Source: a virus
Direction: 5' to 3' (one strand)
Virus record (IMG/VR): IMGVR_UViG_3300012953_000014
Coordinates: 92,636-156,635 of that record
DNA: 64,000 bases
Shown here: positions 1 to 11,800 of the stretch, in pieces
Position numbering within the stretch: position 1 is the first letter of the stretch
Layout: every line of letters starts with the position of its first letter
Made by a program: the position numbers and the translations under genes
The notes under the pieces: model-generated
Told to the model about the DNA's origin: nothing
Databases searched by the model: none
What the model saw: the letters and a program-made list of their open reading frames with translations, nothing else

Positions 1-2894
1 ATTTTTCTCCCCGTCTTTTTCGACGTTAATCTTATTTTAAACTTTTTAGGTTTCTCATCACTTGACCATACACTCTGATCTTGATCAGTAAAACCGAAAA
101 CTGGTTTGTTCGAGTCCGCGTTTACCGTAGCTAGAGAAGGAATTTTTTGATTTGTTTCTTGATTCATAAGTCCACTCTCCACTTCGTTCAAAGCTCCCTG
201 ATTAAATGATGGTTTAATCTGGATATATCTCTTAGCTGCTTTTGTTGGGACCCTTAAGTCTGGAGGAACGGGAGCTGGGAATGTTTCGATATCCAGCCAA
301 ACTGTTCCATTGTCATCATTCATTCTTATTTCATAAACTGCGGTTGGGTTTGATGTGTTTCCATGTACGTCGACAGATCTGAAGGTATACCAATATTTTT
401 GATTTGGTTTTACATCATCTTTAATGTGCGCAGAAGATGCTTTTAAGCACGGATTATCAAAATATATTGAACTATCTGCCAGTGCATGAAACTTAAAATC
501 TGTCCATTTAGTTGGTTTTTGGTCGGTTCGCCAAACCTCGAACATGGTTACAGGATCATCACTACTAAACTCGATTGGTGGTGCGGGTGTCTGAGTCCTT
601 GGTAGTTTTTGATTGACCAAATATTTCCTAAGCAACTCTTCGTCTTGATCCGACATGGTAATAAATGGTGCTTTGAATTTTCCAACACTACCATTTAACA
701 AAATAAGCATTTCATTGCTGTTGGCACGATAAGGAACTAAGTTGACATCTGGCGGGACAGGTGGTTTGTCAAGGACAATAGCATCAAACTCAAAGTGTGG
801 GACCTCCATCAAAACAAGAGAAGGTTCTGATAAGACACATATCTCTGCCTTATTATAATCTAATGCATCTTGTGGTGATTCAGAATAAATCATTGAAGAT
901 GGCCCCTCATTTACTTCAGTAAACTGGTTTGAGTTAAAGGTTTGATTGACAAATGTTGCCCAATCTTTTGCTTTATGTGATTCAGATTCGCCTGCGTTTG
1001 CCGTTGGGGATGGTGGCGTCTGTGGGAAAACGGGTTGCTCAAGACCAGGAATACCACTATCAAAAGCTGTGCGATTTGCAACGGCAGAAGGAGAGCCGGT
1101 TGATGTGTTTTGTTCTTCAGAAAAAATTTGTTTTTCCCCATCAGAACATAGCGGCATATTATTTATTTTATATCTATATTTTGTCCCTACGACAAACTGA
1201 TAGGCAAACACATCATACTTGTATTCGACACCATATAAAACTTGGGTGTCTACGTATTTTACGACATCAATCTCACTTGAGTTTGGAATCCAAATATTTT
1301 GTACTATTTCGCCTGTATTTCGATTTCTTTTTTGAATCCTATAGAACAATGTTTCGGAATAGGCTTTTTTACCCTCATACACATCCTTATAGGTTCTAGC
1401 TAAACCTGGTTTTGATTTACTCGCATGGCCTTGACCAATGACCAAATTTTTAATCAAGACCTTTAATGTATCAATATTGATTGCGCTTGTAGTTGTGCAG
1501 TTTTCAATTGCAGTGGCCAGCTCATCAAATGTCTCAAGGGTTGGGCTATATAAATAAATCCAATCCTCTCCACCGCCTGGTGAAACAGGGGTTGGATCTT
1601 GCAACAAGTCTGCTGCCTGTTTTGTCATAAGAAACTGTCCGATGTCCCAATATCTGTAATAACCATCAGTTAAGCCTGCGAATGTTGGATCTACATTAGA
1701 TACTCGATCCATTTTGATCCACCTATTCCATGGGCGCTCTTCATAAACTGGATTAAATAATGGTTGGCCTGGTGTAAACGCTCCGGCACCCTCGTATCTT
1801 GAGACGAACATCTCTTTATTTTCTAACACTTCTTTTATCAATGTTGTTGTCATGTTAGTTCTTAATAAAGCATCTGCAAACTTTGTATTACAATCTGTGT
1901 TGAACTCAACATTGATGTTCATTGGAAACATCTTTTGCTTATCATTAACATCACTCAAGTATGGAACACTTGCACCAGGGATAATAATGTTTTTAAAAGA
2001 ATTTAAAAACGGAAACTCCACAAAATAATCTAATATTGCTGGTGCGTTTGCGGCAGCTGGGCTTAATCCAGAAAACCTAAAATCAATAATATCTCTTGTA
2101 GAATTAAAACCAAAGAATCCACCACGGGCGAGGGCCGCTTGATCTGGCGTGCTTTCGACCTCTTGAACTGGTCTTGGAAGAATTGAGCCTATAGCTTTTG
2201 ACCACTCTTCGTGATAAGATAGCCTATCCAGTTCTCCGACTTTTTCACCCTTTTCATTTGTTATATCGATTAGTGTATCCTTTATTCTGCCACCAAGAGT
2301 AATATGATTAAAATAAATGCCGGAACCTGGAAAAGCGTATGGAAGACCACTGATTATGGTTCCTGGATCTCTTACTGACCTATTCATTTCTGTCAAAAAC
2401 ACATATAAGTTTGGAAGCAGAGCTTCGGGCAATTGGGCCAAAACTTTTTCATAGTCTCTAATAAAGAAGTTATAAACCGACTCGTACTCAAAATATAACC
2501 CACTAAGTTGTTTGGCTGCGGCAGTGTCGTCCCAGCTCAAAGGTTGTTCCATACCGAAAGCATAATCAGTATAAACAATTTTCTCCATTGGAGATAATCT
2601 TCCTGGTTGTGGAGGGGGAGGCTCTGGTGCTAAATATACATCTGGTATTGGCTCAACTATTGTACGTGTAGCAGGGGGTGTTATTGGGCCAATGTTAGGA
2701 TTAACAGCAACACTTCCACCCTGATAATGACCTGAATAAACAGTCCTGTCATATGTTGTTGTGGTTGTTAGAGCCCTTATTGATCTGTCATCTATTTGTG
2801 AACTATCAGAAGAAGATTTCAACTCTGAGGTTGATAACTTGTTTTTAGAGGTGTCATTTAAGATTGTTTTAGTCCATATTCTTTTTTTAGCCAT
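1..2894 (-). CDS. Large hypothetical virion-associated protein (>960 aa, runs off the window edge; absent from the ORF track)
   Basis: Manual translation from ATG at 2894 (MAKKRIWTKTIL...) stays open to base 1 (...KFKIRLTSKKTGRK). It contains an FN3-like segment KPNQKYWYTFRSVDVHGNTSNPTAVY and lies at the end of the structural block. Confidence 0.8.
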   Translation of the reverse strand, partial: MAKKRIWTKTILNDTSKNKLSTSELKSSSDSSQIDDRSIRALTTTTTYDRTVYSGHYQGGSVAVNPNIGPITPPATRTIVEPIPDVYLAPEPPPPQPGRLSPMEKIVYTDYAFGMEQPLSWDDTAAAKQLSGLYFEYESVYNFFIRDYEKVLAQLPEALLPNLYVFLTEMNRSVRDPGTIISGLPYAFPGSGIYFNHITLGGRIKDTLIDITNEKGEKVGELDRLSYHEEWSKAIGSILPRPVQEVESTPDQAALARGGFFGFNSTRDIIDFRFSGLSPAAANAPAILDYFVEFPFLNSFKNIIIPGASVPYLSDVNDKQKMFPMNINVEFNTDCNTKFADALLRTNMTTTLIKEVLENKEMFVSRYEGAGAFTPGQPLFNPVYEERPWNRWIKMDRVSNVDPTFAGLTDGYYRYWDIGQFLMTKQAADLLQDPTPVSPGGGEDWIYLYSPTLETFDELATAIENCTTTSAINIDTLKVLIKNLVIGQGHASKSKPGLARTYKDVYEGKKAYSETLFYRIQKRNRNTGEIVQNIWIPNSSEIDVVKYVDTQVLYGVEYKYDVFAYQFVVGTKYRYKINNMPLCSDGEKQIFSEEQNTSTGSPSAVANRTAFDSGIPGLEQPVFPQTPPSPTANAGESESHKAKDWATFVNQTFNSNQFTEVNEGPSSMIYSESPQDALDYNKAEICVLSEPSLVLMEVPHFEFDAIVLDKPPVPPDVNLVPYRANSNEMLILLNGSVGKFKAPFITMSDQDEELLRKYLVNQKLPRTQTPAPPIEFSSDDPVTMFEVWRTDQKPTKWTDFKFHALADSSIYFDNPCLKASSAHIKDDVKPNQKYWYTFRSVDVHGNTSNPTAVYEIRMNDDNGTVWLDIETFPAPVPPDLRVPTKAAKRYIQIKPSFNQGALNEVESGLMNQETNQKIPSLATVNADSNKPVFGFTDQDQSVWSSDEKPKKFKIRLTSKKTGRK

Positions 2895-2913
2895 TTTTTA
2901 TTTCCTTGTACCT

Positions 2914-4152
2914 CTAGTATCCGCCCATGCCGCCCATGCCGCCGAAACCTCCACCAGCTCCTCCGAGCCCACCGGTACCGCCAAAACCACCGCCTCTAGT
3001 TCTTCTGGTTGTAGTTGTTTGATTAGAGGGCTGTTGGGTTCTGTTTGAGGTTGGGGCAGCTAATGGACCAGTCATGGGTCTGGAAAAGTCTCCTGGTAGT
3101 CTCGCATTTAATGCTGCTTGTCCTGGATTTTCTGCTGCTACAGAAGTTGCCACGGCGTCCATGTTTGGTGCAGGTGCGGTTGGGGGTGGTTCAGTTAAAA
3201 CAATCGGATCTGTTGGAATAATAACTCCTTGCTCTGGACAGGGCATTGCGTCTTCCATGCTTCCAAAAACTGAAGGGTTTGCGGTAAGCTCAATAAGTTC
3301 TTTGTGGTGAACATTAAATGGGTTGTTTGTTGCAACATCGATTGCGCCGCCAATATCGCCCTGTTTCCACACTGGATATTCATATTCTTGCGTAGATAAA
3401 TCAGTATCAACCCTAACAGACTCAAATGGTAAAATTTGTCCAGGTATTCCCTGTCCAGTGCCGTTGAGGGCTTCAGGTTCATATTGTCCTATATAATCCA
3501 AAAGATTCCAAAATTGATCTGTTTTGTACCTTAATAGATCCAATGGGCGCTCAAGATCACCATAACGATCTCCAACTCTAAATTCTTCAGGTATTTGCAA
3601 ATATGGATTTGCATCTTGAGGCATTTGTCTAACTAAAGCCTTGCCAGATTCTGGTACGATGCGAAAGTTGCCACGAAGCTCACCTAGTTCGCCAAAAACT
3701 CTGGTGTATATCTGATCATTTCTTTGTAAAACCTCTTCCACAATTAAGTTTCTGACATTTCCGGCTTGCGGTACATATTCTTTTGGTGGTGCATACGGTA
3801 CTCCTGTCGGCGGCGTGGCTGTGCGTTCTCGTGGACCGTATCTTGTGGCAGTTCGTGGATCTCCTGCTCGCTCCGGGGGTGGTGGCGGGATAATTGGCGG
3901 GATGCGGGTTGGAGGTGCTACAGCGGATCTTGGTGTCGTTCCTCCGGCTTGGGATCGTTCCGTTTGTCTGCGCTGTTGTTCTGGGTCTGTAATCCCGGTA
4001 GTTGGATTCCGGCGCTCCTCATCTTGTGCAGTGTACGACTGACCAACATTTGAACCTTGAGTGGTTTCTGATGTTGTGAACACAGTTCTATCTGCATTTG
4101 CCCTAAATCTTCTTGATTGATTGTGTATGGTATCCCAACTTAAAACTGCCAT
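2914..4152 (-). CDS. Hypothetical Pro/Thr/Arg-rich protein with Gly-Gly-Met tail
   Basis: ORF track gives 2914..4242. Start moved to ATG 4152 (MAVLSW), which follows GGAGG and the upstream stop. C-terminus is GGGFGGTGGLGGAGGGFGGMGGMGGY. Confidence 0.75.
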   Translation of the reverse strand: MAVLSWDTIHNQSRRFRANADRTVFTTSETTQGSNVGQSYTAQDEERRNPTTGITDPEQQRRQTERSQAGGTTPRSAVAPPTRIPPIIPPPPPERAGDPRTATRYGPRERTATPPTGVPYAPPKEYVPQAGNVRNLIVEEVLQRNDQIYTRVFGELGELRGNFRIVPESGKALVRQMPQDANPYLQIPEEFRVGDRYGDLERPLDLLRYKTDQFWNLLDYIGQYEPEALNGTGQGIPGQILPFESVRVDTDLSTQEYEYPVWKQGDIGGAIDVATNNPFNVHHKELIELTANPSVFGSMEDAMPCPEQGVIIPTDPIVLTEPPPTAPAPNMDAVATSVAAENPGQAALNARLPGDFSRPMTGPLAAPTSNRTQQPSNQTTTTRRTRGGGFGGTGGLGGAGGGFGGMGGMGGY

Positions 4153-4156
4153 GATA

Positions 4157-7100
4157 TTAACTACCCTCCAGAATGAAATATTCATCGTAAGTAGGTAAAT
4201 CATAGTTTTCGGCTCTTTCGATTCCCATAATCTTATTTTCATATGGTATTATGCGACAAAGCAAGTTTTTCCCGGCGTATTCATCATAAGCTTTTTGTGT
4301 GAGTTTTTCCCACTTTGGAAGCATTAAGGAATATCCATTTGCAGATTTTTTATATTCTCTAAGAATTTGCACTTCTACGATTTCATAAAACTTGTACCGA
4401 AACATATCTACGTTGTCTGAGTTTACATCCTCTGACAGCATCGCTTCTACTTCTTTTCTGACATCTCCTGATTTATCAGGCGGATAACTTCGAGAGTTTG
4501 ATTTTATTAAAAGCTTAACTGGGTTTGGCAGTTCTCTTAGTGAGTCATTTGGGTTTATTGTTTTTTTAATCTTATCAAAGTTTTGCTTTACTTTTGAATT
4601 TCCATCTATCAAATTATAATCTTTTACTTGATTTGGGCTTTTGCCCGAATCTTGATTTATGAGTTGTTTCAGGATTGGGCTGGCTGCACGATTGTTTTGT
4701 GAAGTCGAACCTTTACCTAGATCGTTTTCAATATAATTTTTTGTTTTGTCAGATGAATCTGCCGTCTCCATTGTTGCATCAGCGGTAGATGTCGGGGATG
4801 TGTTCGGTGAAGATTCTTCCTTGTTTACAATCTGCACTCCAAGATTGTCACTAATCCATTGAGCAGAAGTATTTGCATTTTCAATTTCTGATTTAAGATT
4901 AATCTTTTGTGCCACCATCTCTTGTTCTTTCGAGTTAAGTGGTTGATTTGGGTTTGAATATGGAGGTTCTTTTTTAGATGAATCTTGTTTTTTTACAACA
5001 TACGACTGATAAGATGCAGACTTAGATTTGCTTTTTCTTCCCGCATTGTAAAAGAATGTTGCGGAAGCAACTTTTTTATATTCTTCTTTGTTCGATACTG
5101 ATGCTTGATTACTGTTAGCAATTGTCAGATCAATAGATGGGTTAATCCCTATTTTAGTCGGAGTAAAATAACTCATCATTGAAGTTGCAACAGTGTCTTG
5201 CTCGTCATACCCCTCAATACCAACATTTGCGGTTTCAGAATCAAAAAGCTTAGAAACTTCTCTCGAAGTTATTTTTCTGAACATATCTCTGGATACTTTT
5301 TTGAGGCCAAAATTCTCATCGGTCCCCAAAGCCATGAAATCTATTCCAATATCACCCATGTCGGATGCATTGCAAATGTAAGAGAACTCATTACTAACAC
5401 TTATAATTGTCATCTTTTTGCGATCTCCGCCTTCAACATGACTTTTTCGAGTTGTTGCATTTGTGGTTCCAGAATTTTTATCATCTGGTTTTTGATAAAG
5501 ATCTATTATTGAGTTTATATCGCTATTAACTTTTTCCATCACAGCTATAACAGAAGATATCCCCTCTGGTGAACCACCAACAGGAGAGATGATGTTCATC
5601 AATGATCTTATTCTTCTATCAAACTCTAAATCTGATAATGGATTTGGGGAGTAAAAATTATCAATAGTCACAAACCTATCTAATATTGCCACTAACTCAT
5701 CACTAACGCCATCACCAGATGACGGATTGGACCACCTCAAGTTTTGCCTGAATGATTGAGAAAACTTATTTGTTAAAGCGTTAAAAGAACGAGGTACATA
5801 TTCTCCCTTTTCAAATCCCTTAGAGTACATTGAATTTTTATCACTCGATGCGGGGACGTTTTCTTTCTTTGCTACATTGGGCATGTTATTTTGAGTTGAA
5901 CAATTTCCCTCCAATTCTGGAGATTGGAAGCCTTTTTGCACACGAGGTTTTACATAATCGCCGGTACTAGTCAAGTGGGCTGCACCAAAAGGATTTTTTA
6001 TTGCTGCTGCCGAATTTTGTGCGGAACTGTAATATTCCTTAAGAGTATTTATATCTTGACTTAATGTATTTGCATGAAAGTTTATCACCCTATAGACTGT
6101 ATCTTGTATATCGACTTCTATATGGTATTTATAAAAACCATCAGTTTTTTGTGTTATGCTCTTATCTATACCACTGAAATATCTAACCCCAACATCGTTT
6201 TGAGCTTCAATAACCACTTCTTCGACAGAAGAACCGTTATTTAATCGTGTTGGTCGAATTGTTGAGTCTGAGAACCTTTGATCTGCTTGAACGATAAGTT
6301 CGCTAACTTCATTATCCATAAAGTTATTTTCTCTTGAATCACCATATACAACAGATCCCTCAAGGTTTAATGGGCTCAACTCGCTTTCGCCGGAGCCGGG
6401 TATTCTTCTTCTGTATATCCTAATAGAAGAAATGGGTGGTGGTGATTGCTCCATTATATGCCTATAAGAGGATGGTCGTTCGTAGAAGTTTCCAAATACA
6501 GAATGCTCTGAAAGGATTTTTTTCATATCAATGCCGAAAAAGAATCGATTTGAACCATCCAAATCTCTAGCAGAATAAAAATCTGAAAACAAGTTTAGCG
6601 GAAGTGGAGCGGGCGGGTTCAAGGTTACTTGTAATCCACTGGTTCTTGTCCGGGGCTGTAAGGTAACTTGTAACCCTTGTGATTGATTATTCGATTGTTG
6701 AGATACTTGTAACCCTCTGGATCTGTTTGAAGTTTGGCTAGACTGTCTGTTAACTTGTTGTCCGGATGGTGCGTTCGTTGGTTGTGACATTCCCGCATAA
6801 GACATTGTCGTTCCAGCAGGTATTTGACCCGTTGATGTTTGGGTTGGTCCACCACCCAAAGTCATAGTTGTTCCAGCAGGTAAATGCCCCATAGATGAAA
6901 TCACACCACCACCAACTTGTGTGGGTGGAGACGAAGCCCTAGAAAGGTCTCTTAGATCCACTATTTGAGTCATTGGAATCAAATAATGAACGTGCGGACC
7001 CTGTGCGCCGATGGCTTCTTGAACCTCTTCTTGGATGACGGCGTGCTGGTGACATATAACATTGCCATCTGCATCAGGTGGAGAGCAAACTTGTTTAGTT

Positions 7101-7744
7101 TGTGCAGTGTTGTCCAAATACACATGTTTGTGTCCGGCGTTTTCAGAAGTTTGGTAATCATATGTTGTGTATTGGCGAATGTTACCATTTACAATTATCT
7201 CTTGAATACTTTTTGCGCTCGTGTATATCCCTGTCTCAGAAACATTAGTTAGATTAGTCCCTTGAGATAAGAAATCAAGAATTAAACTGTTTAAGTCCAA
7301 TTCAACCCATGCTCGATACTCTAAGCTTTGGGGCCTTAAAAAGGGATATTGGGTTTTATGAGTTATTACATAGTTATTGCCTTGGCTCACCATTTGAGAT
7401 AAATCAAAAGCTGGATCAATGCCAAAAACAGTTTCAGAAGATAATCCATCAATAGTTTCGACCAAGTGAATTTTAATATGTTGACGAAATTTATCATTAA
7501 GCATTAATGATTTCACACCAGTGCATAATAAATCGGTAACATATATAGTACACTCGATTTCTAAAGGAGATGGTTGTGAGCCTGGTACTGGTGGATTGAA
7601 GCCTGATCCTGCTATAGCAGAAGCTCCAACTTGATTAACTGTTGTTGCTGAGGTTCCTTCGTCCAATATAACTTTATATACCGTCGCATACGGCAGTATT
7701 CGTTCAGAAATGGTTGGGAGTTCAAAGTCAGTATAAAGAGACAT
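4157..7744 (-). CDS. Hypothetical ~1195-aa structural-block protein with His/Cys cluster and low-complexity linker
   Basis: Long ORF. ATG 7744 overlaps the upstream stop (TAATG). Contains GHKH..C..CHQH..PHVH. Confidence 0.75.
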   Translation of the reverse strand: MSLYTDFELPTISERILPYATVYKVILDEGTSATTVNQVGASAIAGSGFNPPVPGSQPSPLEIECTIYVTDLLCTGVKSLMLNDKFRQHIKIHLVETIDGLSSETVFGIDPAFDLSQMVSQGNNYVITHKTQYPFLRPQSLEYRAWVELDLNSLILDFLSQGTNLTNVSETGIYTSAKSIQEIIVNGNIRQYTTYDYQTSENAGHKHVYLDNTAQTKQVCSPPDADGNVICHQHAVIQEEVQEAIGAQGPHVHYLIPMTQIVDLRDLSRASSPPTQVGGGVISSMGHLPAGTTMTLGGGPTQTSTGQIPAGTTMSYAGMSQPTNAPSGQQVNRQSSQTSNRSRGLQVSQQSNNQSQGLQVTLQPRTRTSGLQVTLNPPAPLPLNLFSDFYSARDLDGSNRFFFGIDMKKILSEHSVFGNFYERPSSYRHIMEQSPPPISSIRIYRRRIPGSGESELSPLNLEGSVVYGDSRENNFMDNEVSELIVQADQRFSDSTIRPTRLNNGSSVEEVVIEAQNDVGVRYFSGIDKSITQKTDGFYKYHIEVDIQDTVYRVINFHANTLSQDINTLKEYYSSAQNSAAAIKNPFGAAHLTSTGDYVKPRVQKGFQSPELEGNCSTQNNMPNVAKKENVPASSDKNSMYSKGFEKGEYVPRSFNALTNKFSQSFRQNLRWSNPSSGDGVSDELVAILDRFVTIDNFYSPNPLSDLEFDRRIRSLMNIISPVGGSPEGISSVIAVMEKVNSDINSIIDLYQKPDDKNSGTTNATTRKSHVEGGDRKKMTIISVSNEFSYICNASDMGDIGIDFMALGTDENFGLKKVSRDMFRKITSREVSKLFDSETANVGIEGYDEQDTVATSMMSYFTPTKIGINPSIDLTIANSNQASVSNKEEYKKVASATFFYNAGRKSKSKSASYQSYVVKKQDSSKKEPPYSNPNQPLNSKEQEMVAQKINLKSEIENANTSAQWISDNLGVQIVNKEESSPNTSPTSTADATMETADSSDKTKNYIENDLGKGSTSQNNRAASPILKQLINQDSGKSPNQVKDYNLIDGNSKVKQNFDKIKKTINPNDSLRELPNPVKLLIKSNSRSYPPDKSGDVRKEVEAMLSEDVNSDNVDMFRYKFYEIVEVQILREYKKSANGYSLMLPKWEKLTQKAYDEYAGKNLLCRIIPYENKIMGIERAENYDLPTYDEYFILEGS

Positions 7745-8841
7745 TAGCAATCCTCCAGATCTTCTTCTGTAACATCAGACTTATAATAATCTCTGTTACT
7801 GATCTTTTGTTGTTGTTCAAGGTCATCGCAACTTAACATTCTCGAAGAGAATATTCCTTGAGCTTTGTCAGCTGGTTTTAATCTGCACAATGTCTCTTGA
7901 CCAATCTCGTGATCAACTTTGACATCAAAATAATATTCAACACAGTTTGGAGTTAGTTGTTGGGGCGTCATATTGTCAGGCTCATCTAATAAAATATTAT
8001 CTTTTACTTCTTCTCTTTGTTTCATAAAATATAGCGGTATTAGATTCTCCTCTGTTGTGCCAGCAGTATTTGTGGAGTTGTCATCGACCTCAAACACTTC
8101 AATGTCAAAGTTTTCATTTTCAAAAGGAGTGTTCATTTCATCAATCTCTAAAACAATGAAGTCTTCAAAAATCCTTAAATAGTTTCCATCATTGAAGACT
8201 TCAGTGGTATAACTATCTGCAACTGGATTTTCTTGTGGAACTCCTTTTTGGACTTGGGACTTATAAGTTACTGGTGCCATCTCCAGTTGTGGTATATTAG
8301 TTATTTTTCCACCAGAATCAGTCTTATAGTGTTTAGAAGTAAGAATCCTTCCCTGCAATACATCAACATTAAAGGCAGATTTTTTATTTGTTCCCAAAGC
8401 AGACCGACCTAGAGCGGAGTCTGCACCATGGATTTTCGCTGGGGTTGACTGAACAAAAGGATCAATTTTTGTTACGTCTGGTGGCAGTTGTTGATCTGGG
8501 AATAGACTAGGAATCATATCACTCGGTTTATTAGTCGAGTGAGCTTGTACAACTTTGGTTATGTCAGTTTCTATACCACTAAAAACATATTGTGTTTCAA
8601 GGCGGAGATCCTCTTTTATCCTATCTTCGATTTCGTTTTGGGGTTCTGCTGGCCAAGAGTTTCCGTCGCGATCACCTGTTTCATCATTCTTATTTGGTGC
8701 GGCATATTTTCGATCATAAATCACATCATCATCAAAAAAAGCATAATGGGATGGACGGAAATCACCCTTTGATAATAGGTGTTTGCCATATTGAGTTAGT
8801 TTAATATCAATAACTCTCTCTTTTTTGTTTAAAAACTTCAT
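7744..8841 (-). CDS. Putative baseplate/tail-fibre attachment protein
   Basis: N-terminus IDIKLTQYGKHLLSKG...YAFFDDDVIYD resembles the LT-x-x-G start of tail-collar/fibre attachment domains. ATGA-coupled to the giant upstream gene. Function is inferred. Confidence 0.5.
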   Translation of the reverse strand: MKFLNKKERVIDIKLTQYGKHLLSKGDFRPSHYAFFDDDVIYDRKYAAPNKNDETGDRDGNSWPAEPQNEIEDRIKEDLRLETQYVFSGIETDITKVVQAHSTNKPSDMIPSLFPDQQLPPDVTKIDPFVQSTPAKIHGADSALGRSALGTNKKSAFNVDVLQGRILTSKHYKTDSGGKITNIPQLEMAPVTYKSQVQKGVPQENPVADSYTTEVFNDGNYLRIFEDFIVLEIDEMNTPFENENFDIEVFEVDDNSTNTAGTTEENLIPLYFMKQREEVKDNILLDEPDNMTPQQLTPNCVEYYFDVKVDHEIGQETLCRLKPADKAQGIFSSRMLSCDDLEQQQKISNRDYYKSDVTEEDLEDC

Positions 8842-11800
8842 TGGGATTGTGTTTTAATTCCTTTTATAGTTTTTTCGACAAACTCTGTTTCTGTCTCTAC
8901 TTCTGCCAATTCTACCAAACTAAAGTAATCATACGGCCAGTTATAACTATATGGCAAATCAACATTTCCAACGTTAAATCTGAAATCAAACTTTGAATCA
9001 TCTGATGTGTCTGCTGTTAGTTTGTAGTAATCTACGTTGGCTTTTCTCTTTACTTTGAAGACCATCCACCTTATGTTATTTGGCAACCTTTTGCCATGAT
9101 AAAACTCATTTTCTCCAAGGCCATGTTCAAATATATTATTATCAATATTGCTGTCAGACATTTTACCATTTTGTGATATTTTTGGCATTAGACCTTGCCA
9201 AATGTCTGCCAAATCTTGAGAATCAAGAGTGTGATTAAACTCAAATACATAAGCAACGAATGGATTAACTTTCATGCCTTTTTTCGAGAAAGTTATAAAA
9301 TCCAACTCTGGTGGCATTACATATTTATCTAAAGATTCCATCATGTTTGTTATTGAATCGCTTGGGATTTCTGGCGGCTCTGTTTGTGGTTCTAATCTGT
9401 TACTTTCTAACCACTTTAAGTAATAGTTAAAAGTCTCGTGATTGATTTTGAACAAGTTTTTATCAAGTATACTGGTTGTTTCTGCGAAACCTGATTTTGG
9501 ACCGTATTGATGCTCAGTGAATGGTATTGCAACAATCGCTTCGGAGATTGTTTTTTCATCAGCTATTTCTCCTACTTTCCTTGCTTTTGGTGATTCAAAA
9601 CATTTTCTCAATAGCGAATCTTTTCCTTTTGGAAAGGTTCCTTTAAAAGTTTCTTCAATACCAAATGAAATGCCATCAGATCCTGTTACCAATTTGCCAT
9701 ACCCGCTCCACATTCCTCGGCCAGAACCTTCTTCATATGGTTGATCAGCAAAGTTTAGAACAGGTGTTTCCATTCTTGATGAGATTACCCACCTATTTCT
9801 TGAAGAATCAGGGGCGTCGACCACCTCTAACAGATTCCCCTTTTCATCCAAACGAGTTTGTTTTTCTTGGAAAATACCAAAAGGATTAACGGATGCAGTT
9901 AATCTCATTTGACATGCCTCTGCCGGTGACAATCTTGGGCTTGACACTTGTGCATAAGCAATCTGGGAGCCGCTGTAATATAGAGAAACATCTGGGAACA
10001 ACTCTTGACCAGGCTTGATTGACGAGGTTGTATTCCATTTTCCTTGACTTGTGTAGAATGTTTCATAGTTTACACCATAAGAGTATTCAGTTGCCGATGC
10101 GGTCAAAGTTCCTGTGTTAGCGGTGTTTGTGTATTGATAAAGAACATCCCCATTACGTTCAAGCTTGATTCTTAAAAATCCACCATCTTGCAAAAGCCCT
10201 TTTGGAGACACGTAAGGATTGTCACCTTCAAACTCCCAGACAAAAAGTTGCCCATTGGCAGAGTGTTGAATCGCAAATTCCATATCGGTATAATCACTTG
10301 AGGCACCAGGACCTTGGTTAAGCCCAGCTATAACATCGGTTCGTGCTGCTGCTGTTCCAACAGATGGAATATTCCATTCAAAAAACTGTCCGCCGCCGAC
10401 AGAACTTGAAAGCTTATCTCTAGCTCCAACATTCCATGCGCCTGCATTGGCAGTCTTTATTAGGTTAAAATACCTATCTCGCCCACCAGGACCTTTAGAG
10501 CCACTGCATTCAAATGTGGCGTTAGAGTTTAACACATCCCAATCTACAAAGTTTGATCTTTTATGTGTCTTATCAAACATGCCAGTTAGTTGATCATTTT
10601 TATAATCTATAAATGATTTTTCAAAAACTTTTTGATAACTGAAGCCGCCTTTTTCATCATCGGCATCTGCAACATAAGCAATAGTTAGACCTGACTTTCC
10701 ATAAAAATATGGTGGCGTCCATGGGGCATATGCTGGATCTCCATTATTCTCAGGGAATGAAAAATGAAAATAAGTATTTTGTGTATCCAAAAATGAAGTG
10801 CATCCAGCATTATAATACTCATCTCTGCCATCACCAAACTTGGCGGGGGGTCCAAAATATTGTCCGTTATAAGTAATCGGATCTGCATTTGATCTTGTTG
10901 CAAATGAATAGTGTTGTTTTCTATACACATCTGTGGATCCACTATTATTGAGAAAGTCATCAATCATAACGACGTTATCATCTTTTTGCAGATAAACATC
11001 CATATAATAAGTTGTACCAGATACCAAACTCACTTCCTCTTGTCTTTTTGAACTAATAGATTTGAGTGAATTGTTTCTCAAAAAGAAGTTTGGTATTTCT
11101 GCAAAAAAGTTATTACTAGCCATCTTATACAGTCGATATTCTTCTGAGTTTTGGGCATTCTTGCGATTTGTGGCTGCGATTTCTACATAAGGATGTCTTT
11201 TTATGTTACTTCCACCCCACTGATTATTATCCCAGCCATCAAAATAATAACTTGGATTTAACAATGAAAGACTGCCACTTCCAGGTTTTGGATCTGCTTG
11301 AGGCGCTTTTGGTTGCAACTCTTCGTCTGTCGGAGCAGGAAAACCAACATCACCTAAAGGATCTAGTATGGATTCAAAAGGTATTCTAAAGTCTGCCAGT
11401 TGATCGATCACATAGTTATTAATAGCACCGGCAGTCGAGCTTCCAGAATATATATTAACTGAGCTAGAGTACGCTGCCCAATCAACAGCGATACCGGCTT
11501 TGATCGTGTTGTACATGATACCTGGTGCATAAAATGGTTGCAACATTGATTGAACAGCTAGGGCACCAGAATGTTCGAATGACGCTTTAACACCTTCACC
11601 TTTTGTCCACCCAATACCATTAATAAATGGGCCGATAGATTGTGAAAACTGTGATGCTAACTGTAAACTTCTTTGTGCTGGGTAAAAGCCATTGTATGGC
11701 AATAGCTTCTTAACAGCGTTGCATTTTATAGTTACTTTGTTGAGAGCAAGATCTTCTGAAAAAGTTCCAAAGTATTTTTGGAAATCGCTGTTGGAATACT

